Assembly (NCBI GenBank): GCA_963807455.1
Contig: CAWECS010000014.1
Location: 91,114 to 155,113 of the forward strand
From: an uncultured Gammaproteobacteria bacterium
GTDB taxonomy: Bacteria; Pseudomonadota; Gammaproteobacteria; JAADHQ01
Length of the DNA: 64,000 bases
Direction: 5' to 3'
In this document: positions 9,799 through 21,094 of the stretch, piece after piece
Position numbering within the stretch: the first letter of the stretch is position 1
How the letters are laid out: each line of letters opens with the position of its first letter
Made by a program: the position numbers and the translations under genes
The notes under the pieces: model-generated
Database searches by the model: none
Seen by the model: only the letters and a program-made list of their open reading frames with translations
What the model was told of the DNA's origin: nothing

Positions 9799-11887
9799 GT
9801 GACCATTGATCTTACCCAGTTTCATGCAACATTCCTCGAGGAAAGTCTGGAAGGTCTGGATGTTATGGAGTCCAGCCTGCTTGATCTGAATCTGAATGAT
9901 GAGGATCCTGAAACCATCAATACCATTTTCAGGGCGGCACATTCCATCAAGGGTGGTAGCGGAACCTTTGGCTTTATGGAAATTGCCGAGTTTACCCATG
10001 TGCAGGAGACTTTACTCGATCAGATCAGAAGCTCAACCAGGGAAGCAACCCAGGACATCATCAATACCTTGCTGGAATCAGTCGATTGCGTTCGTGAGAT
10101 GTTATTTGCCGAGAAAGATAAAAGAAAATACGATGCTGATCATGTCAACTCGGTGCGCGCAAAATTAGATAGTATCCTCAATGCTAATGAAAACCCGGTG
10201 GCAACTGTAGCGCTCGAAGAAGAGATAAATACTGCTTCCGTGCAAGGATGGAACATAAAGTTCGCGCCACATCCGGGTATGATCAAGACAGGTAATGACC
10301 CCGTCAGAATTCTGCGTGAATTATCATCCCTGGGTCTTATGGAAGTACAGGTGAATATAAATAAGCTGCCTGAGCTTGCGCAAATTGAAGCAGAATGCTG
10401 CTACCTCTCGTGGGATATCGAGCTGTTTGGCGACATTGAGGAAGCTTACATAAGAGAAATATTTGACTGGGTGGTGGATGATTGTGATTTGTCTATCATT
10501 CCAATGTCTCAGGCCGACGGCCTGCAACAGCAAAACGGAAATTCAATAGAACGCCATTCAAATAGTCAGGCGCTGAAAGAAACGCTGACAGCCACTGAAA
10601 TTTCTACAGATACTGGTTCAGATGAGCTCGTTGCTGAGGCATTACCAGAAGTTACTTCGGCCAGGAAGCGTTCTAAAACGCATGGTAGACAGCAGCTCGA
10701 TCAGAGTGAGTACAGAAAAGGTAGATGAGTTGATCAATCTGGTCGGTGAGCTGGTGATAACACAATCGATGATTGGCGAGCTAGGGCAGAACTTTAATGC
10801 CAGCAATATTGAACGCATGATGGATGGGCTGTCTCAACTGGAACGGCACACTCGGGAATTACAGGAAAGTGTCATGCGTATTCGCATGTTGCCGATCAGT
10901 TTCTCATTCAATCGTTTTCCACGTATGGTACATGACCTTGGCAATAAGCTGGGCAAGAAAATCGAGCTTAAAATGTCTGGTGAGAATACCGAACTGGATA
11001 AAACAGTACTGGAAAAGATTGGCGATCCGTTGGTGCACCTGGTCCGGAATTCAATGGATCATGGGCTTGAGACGCCTGAGCAACGTAAGGCATGCGGCAA
11101 GCCTGAAACCGGTGAATTGCATCTTAATGCTTATCATAAAGGTGGCAGTATTATTATCGAAATCAGCGATGATGGCGCTGGTCTTAATAGAGAAAAAATC
11201 AGGAACCATGCCATTCAGAGAGGACTGATAACAGCAGAGGAAGCCCTTAGTGATGATAAAATATATGATCTGATTTTTCAGCCCGGATTTTCTACAGCTG
11301 AAGCGGTGAGTGACGTCTCTGGTCGAGGTGTCGGTATGGATGTAGTGCGAAGAAATATCAGGGAGTTGGGCGGTGCGGTGGACATAGCGTCTACTCCCGG
11401 GCAGGGTTCGAAGGTGACTATTCGACTGCCACTGACGCTTGCTATTATGGATGGACAGCTTGTCAGAGTAGGCAATCAGACCTATATCATTCCGTTGGTT
11501 TCTATTATTGAATCACTGCAGGCCCGCGAAGAAAATATCAAAACTATTGTTGACCATGCCGAGGTTTACAGGCTTCGAGATGAATATATTAATATTGTAC
11601 GTTTATATGAAATTTTTAATCTTCAACCTGATACGCATAATATCAATGATGGTTTGCTTGTTATCGTTGAAGGAGAAGGCAGGAAAATTGGTCTCTATAT
11701 CGATGAGCTATTTGGCCAACAACAGGTAGTGATCAAAAGTCTGGAAACCAATTATAAACGTATAGATGGAGTTTCAGGTGCAACCATACTGGGTGATGGT
11801 ACGGTAGCCATGATCATTGACGTACCTGGATTGGTTACCATGTCTCGTAGCAAAATCATCAGCATAGAAGATAATAAGGTCGCTTAA
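9799..11887 (+). CDS. cheA: Chemotaxis histidine kinase CheA (one apparent frameshift near 10681)
   Basis: P1 IFRAAHSIKGGS in ORF 9799-10728; SIRVSTEKVDELINLVGELVI, HATPase and CheW domains in ORF 10622-11887; removing one base joins them. Confidence 0.93.
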
Positions 11888-11899
11888 GGGGGTTGAACA

Positions 11900-12406
11900 A
11901 TGGATCAGGCAATAGAATTTCAGAATGAATACACCATGAGCGCAGATGTCGATAATCAGTATCTTACTTTTATCCTGGCAAACGAGGAATATGCCATCGA
12001 TATATTACGTGTGCAGGAGATCAGGTGTTGGCAAGCAGTGACTACATTGCCGAATGCACCGGAATATATAAAAGGCGTTATCAATATAAGAGGTACGATC
12101 GTTCCCATTATTGATTTGCGTAGACGTTTCAACATGGAGCCCATGGAATATGGCCCTACGACCGTTGTTATTGTTGTTAAGGTATCAGCCGAAAATCGTG
12201 ATCGTGTCATGGGCATCGTGGTAGATGGTGTTTCAGATACTTATGAAATACCAGAGGAGAATGTGAAACCGTCTCCTGATTTTGGTGACAAAATCGATAT
12301 GGATTTTGTTAATGGATTAGCAACCATCGATGAAAATATGTTGATACTTCTCGATATAGACAAGCTTTTAAACTCAGGGGAATTGCACGACCTGGATAAT
12401 CAGTAA
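11900..12406 (+). CDS. cheW: Chemotaxis coupling protein CheW
   Basis: QYLTFILANEEYAIDILRVQEI, GVINIRGTIVPIIDLR, GIVVDGVSD. Confidence 0.96.
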   Translation: MDQAIEFQNEYTMSADVDNQYLTFILANEEYAIDILRVQEIRCWQAVTTLPNAPEYIKGVINIRGTIVPIIDLRRRFNMEPMEYGPTTVVIVVKVSAENRDRVMGIVVDGVSDTYEIPEENVKPSPDFGDKIDMDFVNGLATIDENMLILLDIDKLLNSGELHDLDNQ

Positions 12407-12486
12407 AGCATTGTCCTGTAACAGGAAATCATGACTGAATATTATTGATGCTTGGACTTAAACCGCATAAACACAAAGGCAATGTA

Positions 12487-12645
12487 ATGAGTAAGCCGGA
12501 AAAAAAATACTACACCAGAGTATTACAGGTATCAAAGCCCGCTGTTGTTATGAAAACAAAGCGTAATATATATACTGTGGTCAGACAAAAGACATGGTGG
12601 ATTATTACTGAAAATGTATTGGCTGGAATTGCGTGGAATGGATAA
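12487..12645 (+). CDS. Possible small hypothetical protein (52 aa)
   Basis: Co-oriented ORF filling the cheW-receptor gap; no recognisable motif. Confidence 0.25.
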   Translation: MSKPEKKYYTRVLQVSKPAVVMKTKRNIYTVVRQKTWWIITENVLAGIAWNG

Positions 12646-12668
12646 TGAAAATTCAGGGGAAGGTATAA

Positions 12669-15543
12669 ATGGCTAGCAAAAGTAAAATGGGTATTAATCC
12701 ACAGACCTGGGCGGAAGACAATATGCCGGGGAAAGCAGCGATAAAATTAAAAAAGCGTAAACAGAAACAAAAGTCTGCTGGCGTGAAAAAAGTTAATCTG
12801 AATGTTGATATTCTTGAGTCCAGCTTCAAGATGTTGGCGCCACATGGTGAAATACTGGTCGCCAGGTTTTATCAGGAATTATTTAAGCGCTTTCCTGGCG
12901 TAGTCCCATTATTCAAAAATACAACTGCGGCGCAACAACAAAAGAAATTACTGGCTGCATTACAGCTGGTGGTGAATAACCTGAGAAGGCCAAAGGTCCT
13001 GAAAAAAGCCTTATCAGGTTTGGGTGAACGGCATCAGGCTTATGGCGCCGTGATGGCTCATTATGACGCGGTTGCGGAGACATTGCTTGATGTGATGTCG
13101 GAGATTGCAGGTGATGCATGGACAGAAGAAGTGGCAACTGCCTGGCAAGAAGCATTAAATGAAGTGGCAAGAATTATGTTGAAAGCTTATAAATCGGGGG
13201 ACGAAAAGATGGGCGCAAACTCTAGAATGGCTAGTCAGGCAGGTGATTATGATGATTCAGAAATCCTGAAAAGTGTCGTTGACAATGCCATGACTGCGAT
13301 CATGATGATAGACCGCGATCTGGTAATTACCTATGCAAACAAGTCAACGATTGCATTATTAAGCAAGCATGAAGTGGAGCTCAAGGGTCTATACCCGAGT
13401 TTTTCTGTATCAAAACTTATCGGCACCTGTATAGACATTTTTCATAGCAATCCTGCGCACCAGCGACAGATGCTGAGTAATCCTGACAATCTGCCATTTT
13501 CGACGGATATACAGGTCGGTTCATTGATATTCAGAATCAATGTGATTGCCATGTATGACAACTCTGGCATCTATATCGGCAATTCACTGGAATGGTCCGA
13601 TGTGACCGGTCTACGTGCAAAAGAAAATGAAGCGCGTCGTTTGCAAGGTACCGTGGATGGTGCAATGACGGCCATCATGATGATTGACCGTGATTTTAAT
13701 ATTACCTATGCCAATGAATCGACGCAGAAATTACTGATTGAGAATGAGTCTGTCTTGCGTGAGACTTTCCCGGGGTTTTCTGCCAGAGAAAATTGTTGGC
13801 GTCAATATTGATACATTTCACAAGAACCCGGCCCATCAGCGTCAATTGTTAGCGGATCCGAACAACCTTCCTTACCAGACAGATATACAAGTGGGCCCAC
13901 TGAAATTTGAACTAAATGTAACGGCAATTATTGATATAGAAGGTAACTATATTGGTAATGCCCTTGAATGGTCTAACGTAACAGAGGCAAGGAAAAAAGC
14001 CGTAGAAGTCGCTCGACTACAATCAGCGGTGGATGGAGCCACGGCTAATCTGATGCTATGTGATGCTGATTTAAATATCACCTATGCCAACCCCTCAGTG
14101 GTTGACATGTTGGCCAACCGCCAATCCGAGTTACGTCAAATATGGCCTGGTATGGATGCGCATAACCTTGTCGGTCAAAATATTGATCAATTTCACAAGA
14201 GACCAGAACACCAGAGAGCCTTGCTCAGTGATGCAAGCAGAATGCCGATCAGGGCTGAAATGAAAATGGCTGAACTTTCTTTTGAACTCAATGCCACCAT
14301 CATTACAGGTCCGGATGGCGAGTACATGGGCAATATGGTTGAGTGGAAAGATCTGACTGAGCAAAAAGATGCGGAAGCGCAAATTCAGACCTTGATACAG
14401 GACGCAGTCGATGGCCGCCTGGATAGCCGTATTCAAACAAATAACTACAAGGGTTTCATGAAAGGGCTGGGTGATGGTGTCAATTCGTTAATGGATGCAA
14501 TGAGTAAGGCCGGCAAAAGAGATAAAAAAGGTAATGGAAGGTCTGGCTATCGGTAATCTAACCGACAGTATGAGTGAAGATTACGAGGGTGAATTCAATG
14601 CGATGAGTCGTGCAGTGAATGATTCAATCACGAACCTTAAACAAATGGTTAGTGAGATTTTGTCAGGTCACGGATAATATTGCTTCTTCTGCTGGTGAGA
14701 TTGCCCAGGGCAACGCTGACCTGAGTCAACGTACTGAAGAGCAGGCATCCTCATTGGAAGAAACAGCATCAAGCATGGAGGAGTTAACAGGTACAGTTAA
14801 ACAAAATGCCGATAATGCACGACAGGCAAATCAGTTGGCGGCACGAGCACGAACTGAGGCTGAGATGGGTGGTGAGGTTGCCAGTAAAGTTATTGTGGCG
14901 ATGGCTGAGATTAATGCCAGCAGTAAGGAGATTGCGGACATTATTGGCGTCATTGACGAAATTGCGTTTCAGACCAACTTGTTGGCTCTAAATGCAGCAG
15001 TGGAGGCAGCACGTGCAGGTGAGCAGGGCAGGGGTTTTGCAGTTGTTGCTGCCGAGGTCCGTAATCTGGCACAACGAAGTGCATCTGCAGCAAAAGAAAT
15101 AAAATCATTAATTAAAGACAGCGTCGTCAAGGTGGATGAGGGAACCAAACTGGTCGATGAATCAGGCAAGTCACTGGAAGAAATCGTCACCTCAGTGAAA
15201 AAGGTCAATGACATTATCGCGGAAATTGCTGCAGCCAGTCAGGAACAATCTTCTGGTATTGAACAAATCAACAAAGCCGTTGTGCAGATGGATGAAATGA
15301 CACAACAGAATGCTGCGCTGGTAGAGGAAGCCGCCGCTGCCAGTGAATCACTGGATGAGCAAGCCTCCGGTATGATTGAATTAATGGGATTTTTCAAAAC
15401 TGGTGAAGAGCAAAGACAAAATAGAAGCATCAGAAAACCTGAGTTTACCAGCAAAGAATTGCCACAGACAAAAAGCAAGCGCCGGCGTGCCGGCATCGCG
15501 TAAAAAATCCATGGATACCGATGATGAATGGGAGGAGTTCTAG
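12669..15543 (+). CDS. Soluble Aer2-like chemoreceptor: globin + 3 PAS + HAMP + MCP signalling domain (four apparent frameshifts)
   Basis: Globin RFYQELF...LGERHQAYG; three PAS repeats with IDxFHxxPxHQ and EW; HAMP region 14510-14668; tip [30 protein letters not shown]; final frame ends [13 protein letters not shown] at 15543. Confidence 0.88.
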
Positions 15544-15614
15544 TCAACATTAAAGTATCAGCACTTGTACCTGGACGAGTATGATCTGTAAAGCAACATG
15601 ACAATCACTGTTTA

Positions 15615-16472
15615 TTGTCCTATGGAGATGCAGTTTTGGAAAATGAACAAGAGTTCAGATTTACTGACAGGGATTTTAATTATATAAAAAAATTGATTGC
15701 TGAAGAAGCCGGTATATCATTGTCGGATGCTAAACGTACCATGGTATATAGTCGTTTAGCGCGGCGTTTGCGATCTTTGTCGCTAAAGAAGTTTTCGTCT
15801 TATTGTGATTTATTAAAAAACCGTGATGAGCATGAGCTTGTCAATTTTATCAATGCTATTACTACCAATCTGACCTCGTTTTTCCGTGAAAAACACCATT
15901 TCGAATTTATGGTCAGCACGCTAATTCCACGCTGGATTAAATCCAGAAGTGATACACGTCGACTTCGCATATGGTCTGCCGGTTGTTCGACGGGTGAAGA
16001 GCCCTATTCCATTGCTATAACCCTGTTGGAGCATTTTCCTGAACTGGAAAAATGGGATATAAAAATTCTCGCTACAGACCTTGATACGAATGTAGTCTCG
16101 ATAGCGAAAAATGGAGTTTATAATGTTGAGCGTACCGAAGGTTTGCCGAAATCAATGTTGAAGCGCTGGTTCCTTAAGCGTTCAAGTGGGGATTCAGGAG
16201 AGGTCAAGGTATCTCCCGAGTTGCAAGATCTGATCATTTTCAAGCAACTCAATCTACATCAGGACTGGCCATTTGATGGCCCTTTTGACCTGATATTTTG
16301 CAGAAATGTCGTCATCTATTTCAATAAGGACACGCAGCGGGTGCTTGTGGATCGTTACGCCGATAAGCTCAGCGATGAGGGCTTTCTTTTTCTGGGACAT
16401 TCCGAAAACCTGTATAGAGTCTCTGACAGGTTTAATCTGGTCGGTAATACTGTGTACAGCAAGATCAGGTAA
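15615..16472 (+). CDS. cheR: Chemoreceptor methyltransferase CheR
   Basis: TTNLTSFFRE, RIWSAGCSTGEEPYS, ATDLD, FCRNVVIYF, GHSE. Confidence 0.96.
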   Translation: MSYGDAVLENEQEFRFTDRDFNYIKKLIAEEAGISLSDAKRTMVYSRLARRLRSLSLKKFSSYCDLLKNRDEHELVNFINAITTNLTSFFREKHHFEFMVSTLIPRWIKSRSDTRRLRIWSAGCSTGEEPYSIAITLLEHFPELEKWDIKILATDLDTNVVSIAKNGVYNVERTEGLPKSMLKRWFLKRSSGDSGEVKVSPELQDLIIFKQLNLHQDWPFDGPFDLIFCRNVVIYFNKDTQRVLVDRYADKLSDEGFLFLGHSENLYRVSDRFNLVGNTVYSKIR

Positions 16473-17122
16473 TGATGATGAGTTCTGATCATAAACAATA
16501 TATTAATATACCTAAACCTTCATTGCGAGGATTCACATCTATCAATCGTTTTTGGGATAAATCCCGAGAGGCAATTTCTGCCAAGATTCTACCAGGGCAG
16601 TATTATGTTACCACGGATGACGAGTATATTGTCACGGTGCTCGGTTCCTGTGTGTCAGCCTGTATCAGGGACAGGGTTGCTGGTATTGGAGGTATGAATC
16701 ATTTTATGCTACCCAGGAGCTATCAGGATAGCGATGATACGCCGATTGATTTGAGTGATGCTGCGCGTTATGGAAATTACGCGATGGAGCATCTGATTAA
16801 TGATATCCTCAAGCATGGTGGCCGACGTGATTATCTTGAGGTCAAGATTGTTGGTGGTGGCAGGATTATCGCCAATATGACTAATATTGGCAGTAAAAAT
16901 ATTTCCTTTGTCAGGGATTACTTGCAAACAGAAGGTATGCAGGTCCTTGCAGAAGATGTCGGTGACATTTATCCAAGGAAGGTTGTCTATCACCCGTTGA
17001 GTGGTAAAGTAAAGGTCAAAAAAATGCGTTCTCTGCATAATGATACCATCAGAGTGCGTGAAGAACGTTACATGCATGAGATTGCGAGTGAGTCTGTTGC
17101 TGGTGATGTTGAGTTATTTTGA
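16472..17122 (+). CDS. cheD: Chemoreceptor glutamine deamidase CheD
   Basis: KILPGQYYV, TVLGSCVSAC, GGMNHFMLP, ARYGNYAME; C-terminal GDVELF. Confidence 0.95.
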   Translation: MMMSSDHKQYINIPKPSLRGFTSINRFWDKSREAISAKILPGQYYVTTDDEYIVTVLGSCVSACIRDRVAGIGGMNHFMLPRSYQDSDDTPIDLSDAARYGNYAMEHLINDILKHGGRRDYLEVKIVGGGRIIANMTNIGSKNISFVRDYLQTEGMQVLAEDVGDIYPRKVVYHPLSGKVKVKKMRSLHNDTIRVREERYMHEIASESVAGDVELF

Positions 17123-17133
17123 TACTGGATGAT

Positions 17134-18210
17134 ATGCAAAAAATACGTGTACTAATTGTTGATGACTCTGCCCTGGTAAGAAAACTCCTGACAGAGATCC
17201 TGTCAACTGACCCTCAAATCGAGGTCGTCGGTAGCGCGCAGGATCCCTATATTGCCAGAAACAAAATCAAGGAGCTGAATCCTGATGTACTGACGCTGGA
17301 TATAGAAATGCCAAGAATGGATGGCATAACTTTTTTGACAAAACTGATGAAGCTCAGGCCGATCCCCGTGGTCATGGTTTCAACGATGACTGAGCAAGGA
17401 GCAGAGGTAAGCTTAAAAGCGCTTGAATTGGGTGCTGTTGATATCGTTTCCAAACCTAAGGAAGATATTGCAGGAACACTGCATGAGTATACAGAAGAAC
17501 TGGTAAGCAAGGTTAAAAATGCTGCCACGGCGAACCTTAAATTAATAGAAACCAATATCAATAATATAAAAATCGAAAAGAAGCTTTCCGTTGATGCTAT
17601 CCTCGCCAAGGAAAAAAAGTTTATTCATAACAGAGCAACCGAGAAGATTATTGCTGTAGGCGCATCCACCGGTGGGACGGAAGCTATAAAAGATCTTCTA
17701 ATGCAGTTACCTGCTGATACTCCAGGCATTGTCATCACGCAACATATTCCAGAAGCATTTAGTTTGTCTTTTGCTAATCGTATGAACTCGGTATGCAAAA
17801 TGGTTGTTTGTGAAGCGAGTGATGGGCAGCAAGTTCTTGCTGGCCATGTATATATCGCGCCCGGAAACCGTCATTTGCTGGTAGAGCGTACTGGAAAAAA
17901 GTATGTTTGCAAGCTGAATGATGGTCCGGCTGTTAACCGCCATAGGCCCTCTGTCGATGTTTTATTTCGTTCTTTGGCGCTATGTGCCGGTCGTAATGCA
18001 GTCGGTATTATTCTGACCGGTATGGGAAATGATGGCGCACAAGGTCTGTATGAAATGCATGAGACAGGCTCACCTACCATAGCGCAGGATGAAAAAACCA
18101 GCGTTGTCTGGGGTATGCCCGGTGAGGCGGTGAAGATGGGCGGCGTTGATTCTGTGCTGGCATTGAACATTATTCCCGGCAAGCTCCTTAGTCTTACTTC
18201 GGGGCAGTAG
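17134..18210 (+). CDS. cheB: Chemotaxis methylesterase CheB
   Basis: Receiver domain plus GASTGG, QHIP, HRPSVDVLF, LTGMGNDGA, VVWGMP. Confidence 0.96.
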   Translation: MQKIRVLIVDDSALVRKLLTEILSTDPQIEVVGSAQDPYIARNKIKELNPDVLTLDIEMPRMDGITFLTKLMKLRPIPVVMVSTMTEQGAEVSLKALELGAVDIVSKPKEDIAGTLHEYTEELVSKVKNAATANLKLIETNINNIKIEKKLSVDAILAKEKKFIHNRATEKIIAVGASTGGTEAIKDLLMQLPADTPGIVITQHIPEAFSLSFANRMNSVCKMVVCEASDGQQVLAGHVYIAPGNRHLLVERTGKKYVCKLNDGPAVNRHRPSVDVLFRSLALCAGRNAVGIILTGMGNDGAQGLYEMHETGSPTIAQDEKTSVVWGMPGEAVKMGGVDSVLALNIIPGKLLSLTSGQ

Positions 18211-18348
18211 TTCAGGTAACTAAATTCAGATCATACGTGCAGTCAGATAGCCTTCATATTTACCCTCAAATTGAAAAATACTTATACCTTGTTACAGTGA
18301 CGTAAAAATTTGCTAGAATAGTGTTTTAATTTATATCGATTAACTGAC

Positions 18349-19776
18349 ATGGCCATTAAAACACGTTTTGCACCCAGTCCGACTGGATACCTGCATATTG
18401 GTGGAGCCCGAACCGCCTTGTTCTCATGGCTGTATGCACGCCGACATGGTGGTACCTTTGTATTAAGGATTGAAGACACGGATCTGGAGCGTTCTACTGC
18501 GGAATCAGTCAATGCTATTCTCGAAGGTATGACCTGGCTTGGGCTGGAATATGATGAAGGCCCATTTTACCAGACTCACCGGTTTGATCGATACCATGCA
18601 GTGATTGAGCAACTGCTACAGGAAGACAAGGCTTACCGTTGTTATTGCAGCAAAGAACGTCTGGAAAACTTGCGAAATCAGCAAATGGCGGATAAGCAGA
18701 AGCCGAAATACGATGGCCACTGCCTTAAACACCCACCCGCTGATACAGATGGCAAGCCCTATGTCATACGCTTTAAAAATCCCAAGGAAGGTCAGGTAGT
18801 CGTTGATGATCTGGTTAAAGGCAGAGTAGTTTTTGATAACAATGAACTGGATGACCTGATTATCGCCAGAACAGATGGTTCTCCTACCTATAACCTGACT
18901 GTCGTGATTGACGATCTCGACATGGAGATTAATCATGTTATTCGTGGAGATGATCACCTTAATAATACCCCGCGCCAGATTAATATTCTCAAGGCGCTTG
19001 GAGCAGAGCCTCCTGTATATGCGCATGTACCTATGATTCTGGGTGATGATGGCAAAAGAATGTCAAAAAGACATGGGGCGACCAGTGTGATGCAATATCG
19101 AGCCGAAGGTTATTTGCCCGAGGCGGTATTGAATTACCTGGTACGACTGGGATGGTCCTATGGTGATCAGGAAATATTCTCCGTAGACGAAATGATTAGC
19201 TTGTTTGATGCCAAGGATATCAACAAGGCAGCCTCAACATTTAATGCCGATAAATTGCTATGGATTAACCAGGAATATATTAAAAACAGTTCTGCCGAAC
19301 ATATCGCGCATCAACTTAGTTGGCATCTGGGGCAGCTGGACATTGATCCGAGCCAGGGCCCTGATTTGATTGAGGTCATCAAACCACATCAGGAACGAGC
19401 GCGAACCTTGGCAGAAATGGCACAAAATATCGCCTATTTTTACAAGGACCTGCACGACTATGCCCCGGCTGCGGCTAAAAAGCATTTGAAAGTCGGTGCG
19501 CTCGAAGCCATGCAAGCCATTCATGATGGCTTTGTCAGTGCAGAGTGGAAGCCGGCATCCATTCAGGCTGTCATTGATGAAGTGATTGCTAAATATGATC
19601 TCAATCTAGGAAAAGTAGCACAACCCATACGCGTCGCCATTTCCGGTAAGGCGGCAACACCAGCGATAGATATAACACTTTCTCTGCTTGGCCGCGAGAA
19701 AACCCTGATGCGCATGCAAAAAGCCATTGACTTTATCAAGGAACGTGCGGCCAATCAGGTGCAGAAGGGTAATTGA
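18349..19776 (+). CDS. gltX: Glutamate--tRNA ligase
   Basis: TRFAPSPTGYLHIGG, RIEDTD, RMSKR. Confidence 0.97.
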   Translation: MAIKTRFAPSPTGYLHIGGARTALFSWLYARRHGGTFVLRIEDTDLERSTAESVNAILEGMTWLGLEYDEGPFYQTHRFDRYHAVIEQLLQEDKAYRCYCSKERLENLRNQQMADKQKPKYDGHCLKHPPADTDGKPYVIRFKNPKEGQVVVDDLVKGRVVFDNNELDDLIIARTDGSPTYNLTVVIDDLDMEINHVIRGDDHLNNTPRQINILKALGAEPPVYAHVPMILGDDGKRMSKRHGATSVMQYRAEGYLPEAVLNYLVRLGWSYGDQEIFSVDEMISLFDAKDINKAASTFNADKLLWINQEYIKNSSAEHIAHQLSWHLGQLDIDPSQGPDLIEVIKPHQERARTLAEMAQNIAYFYKDLHDYAPAAAKKHLKVGALEAMQAIHDGFVSAEWKPASIQAVIDEVIAKYDLNLGKVAQPIRVAISGKAATPAIDITLSLLGREKTLMRMQKAIDFIKERAANQVQKGN

Positions 19777-19838
19777 TAGCTTTATTTACAATGCCCAGAG
19801 TCAGGGGCAAATAGAAGACCTTATAGTGAGTTTCAATC

Positions 19839-19867
19839 TTGACAGAAAAGCCGTAGTGGCGTACATT
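19839..19867 (+). promoter_or_regulatory. Sigma70 promoter of tRNA-Ala
   Basis: TTGACA-N17-TACATT just upstream of the tRNA. Confidence 0.75.
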
Positions 19868-19878
19868 GGCCAACTTTC

Positions 19879-19954
19879 GGGGCTATAGCTCAGCTGGGAG
19901 AGCACTTGCATGGCATGCAAGGGGTCGGCGGTTCGATCCCGCCTAGCTCCACCA
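19879..19954 (+). tRNA. tRNA-Ala(GGC)
   Basis: GGGGCTATAGCTCAGCTGGGAGAGC...CTTGCATGGCATGCAAG...GGTTCGATCCC...TAGCTCCACCA, 76 nt. Confidence 0.97.
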
Positions 19955-19994
19955 AAAAATAAAGGGGTACGATATGAATCGTACCCCTTTTTTT
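19955..19994. terminator. Rho-independent terminator, probably bidirectional
   Basis: AAAGGGGTACGAT-ATGA-ATCGTACCCCTTT followed by T-run and preceded by A-run, between convergent tRNA-Ala and epimerase. Confidence 0.85.
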
Positions 19995-20049
19995 GCACGA
20001 GCTTACTGTCGCATAAGCAGATCCTGCATAGAGTCAGGTTAACAGCAAA

Positions 20050-21063
20050 TTATTTGACCTGGTAAAATTCCCTATACCATTCAACGAATTTGCTCAGGCC
20101 TTCCTCTACTGTGGTGGCCGGTTTATAGTCCATGTCTTTCACCAGGTCTTCAACATTGGCAAAGGTATCGGGTACATCTCCAGGTTGTAGCGGCAGCATA
20201 TTCATCTCTGCTTTCTTACCAATGCATTTTTCCAGTACATCAATATAGTGCATGAGTTCTACCGGTTCATTGTTACCGATGTTGTACAGCTTGTAAGGTG
20301 CTATTTTTGCAGAGGCTGGGTCAGGATTGTCACTGTCCCAGTCGGGGTTGGTTTGAGCTGTTGTATCCAGCACCCTTATCACACCCTCGACGATATCATC
20401 GATATAAGTGAAATCGCGACGGTGTTTACCATAGTTGAAGACGTCAATAGGTTCACCGGCCAGGATTTTTTGAGTGAACTTGAAAAAGGCCATATCGGGA
20501 CGACCCCAGGGACCATAGACGGTAAAAAAGCGTAGCCCGGTACTGGGTATGCCATACAGATGACTATAAGTGTGGGCCATTAGCTCATTGGCTTTCTTGC
20601 TGGCCGCATACAGGCTGACAGGGTGATTGACAGCGTGGTGTTCTGAATAGGGCATGAGGGTATTGATGCCGTAGACGGAGCTACTGGAAGCATAAACAAG
20701 ATGCTCAACATCATTGTGTCTGCAACCTTCAAGAATATTGGTAAAGCCGACAAGATTGGAATCAACGTAGGCGTGTGGATTTTCGATAGAGTAGCGGACT
20801 CCAGCTTGTGCTGCCAGATTGACCACTCGCTGAGGTTTATGTTTTTTGAACAGCTCGGCGACCAGTTCACGTTCCTTGATATCAAATCGGGCTTCAGTAA
20901 AGCCTGGGTGATCCTTGATTCTATCCAGACGCGCAAGTTTTAAATTGACGTCATAATAGTCATTGATATTATCAATACCGATGACTTCATCACCGCGTTC
21001 TAATAATTTTATGGCTAATTCATTACCAATAAAACCGGCTGTTCCTGTAATTAAAACTTTCAT
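20050..21063 (-). CDS. NAD-dependent epimerase (UDP-uronate 4-epimerase family)
   Basis: [39 protein letters not shown]. Confidence 0.92.
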   Translation of the reverse strand: MKVLITGTAGFIGNELAIKLLERGDEVIGIDNINDYYDVNLKLARLDRIKDHPGFTEARFDIKERELVAELFKKHKPQRVVNLAAQAGVRYSIENPHAYVDSNLVGFTNILEGCRHNDVEHLVYASSSSVYGINTLMPYSEHHAVNHPVSLYAASKKANELMAHTYSHLYGIPSTGLRFFTVYGPWGRPDMAFFKFTQKILAGEPIDVFNYGKHRRDFTYIDDIVEGVIRVLDTTAQTNPDWDSDNPDPASAKIAPYKLYNIGNNEPVELMHYIDVLEKCIGKKAEMNMLPLQPGDVPDTFANVEDLVKDMDYKPATTVEEGLSKFVEWYREFYQVK

Positions 21064-21094
21064 AGATTTTACTCTTTTGTCTTTTAACTAATAA

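Noticed and set aside
13260-14350. Three-fold internal DNA repeat of roughly 370 bp
   Set aside because: Explained by tandem PAS domains, not a CRISPR array or mobile repeat.
10660-15500. Programmed frameshifting or separate genes in cheA and the receptor
   Set aside because: No common slippery motif; breaks fall within or between domains of single proteins and match the regional pattern of one-base insertions.
19801-19998. 65-aa minus-strand ORF
   Set aside because: Antisense to tRNA-Ala and its terminator.
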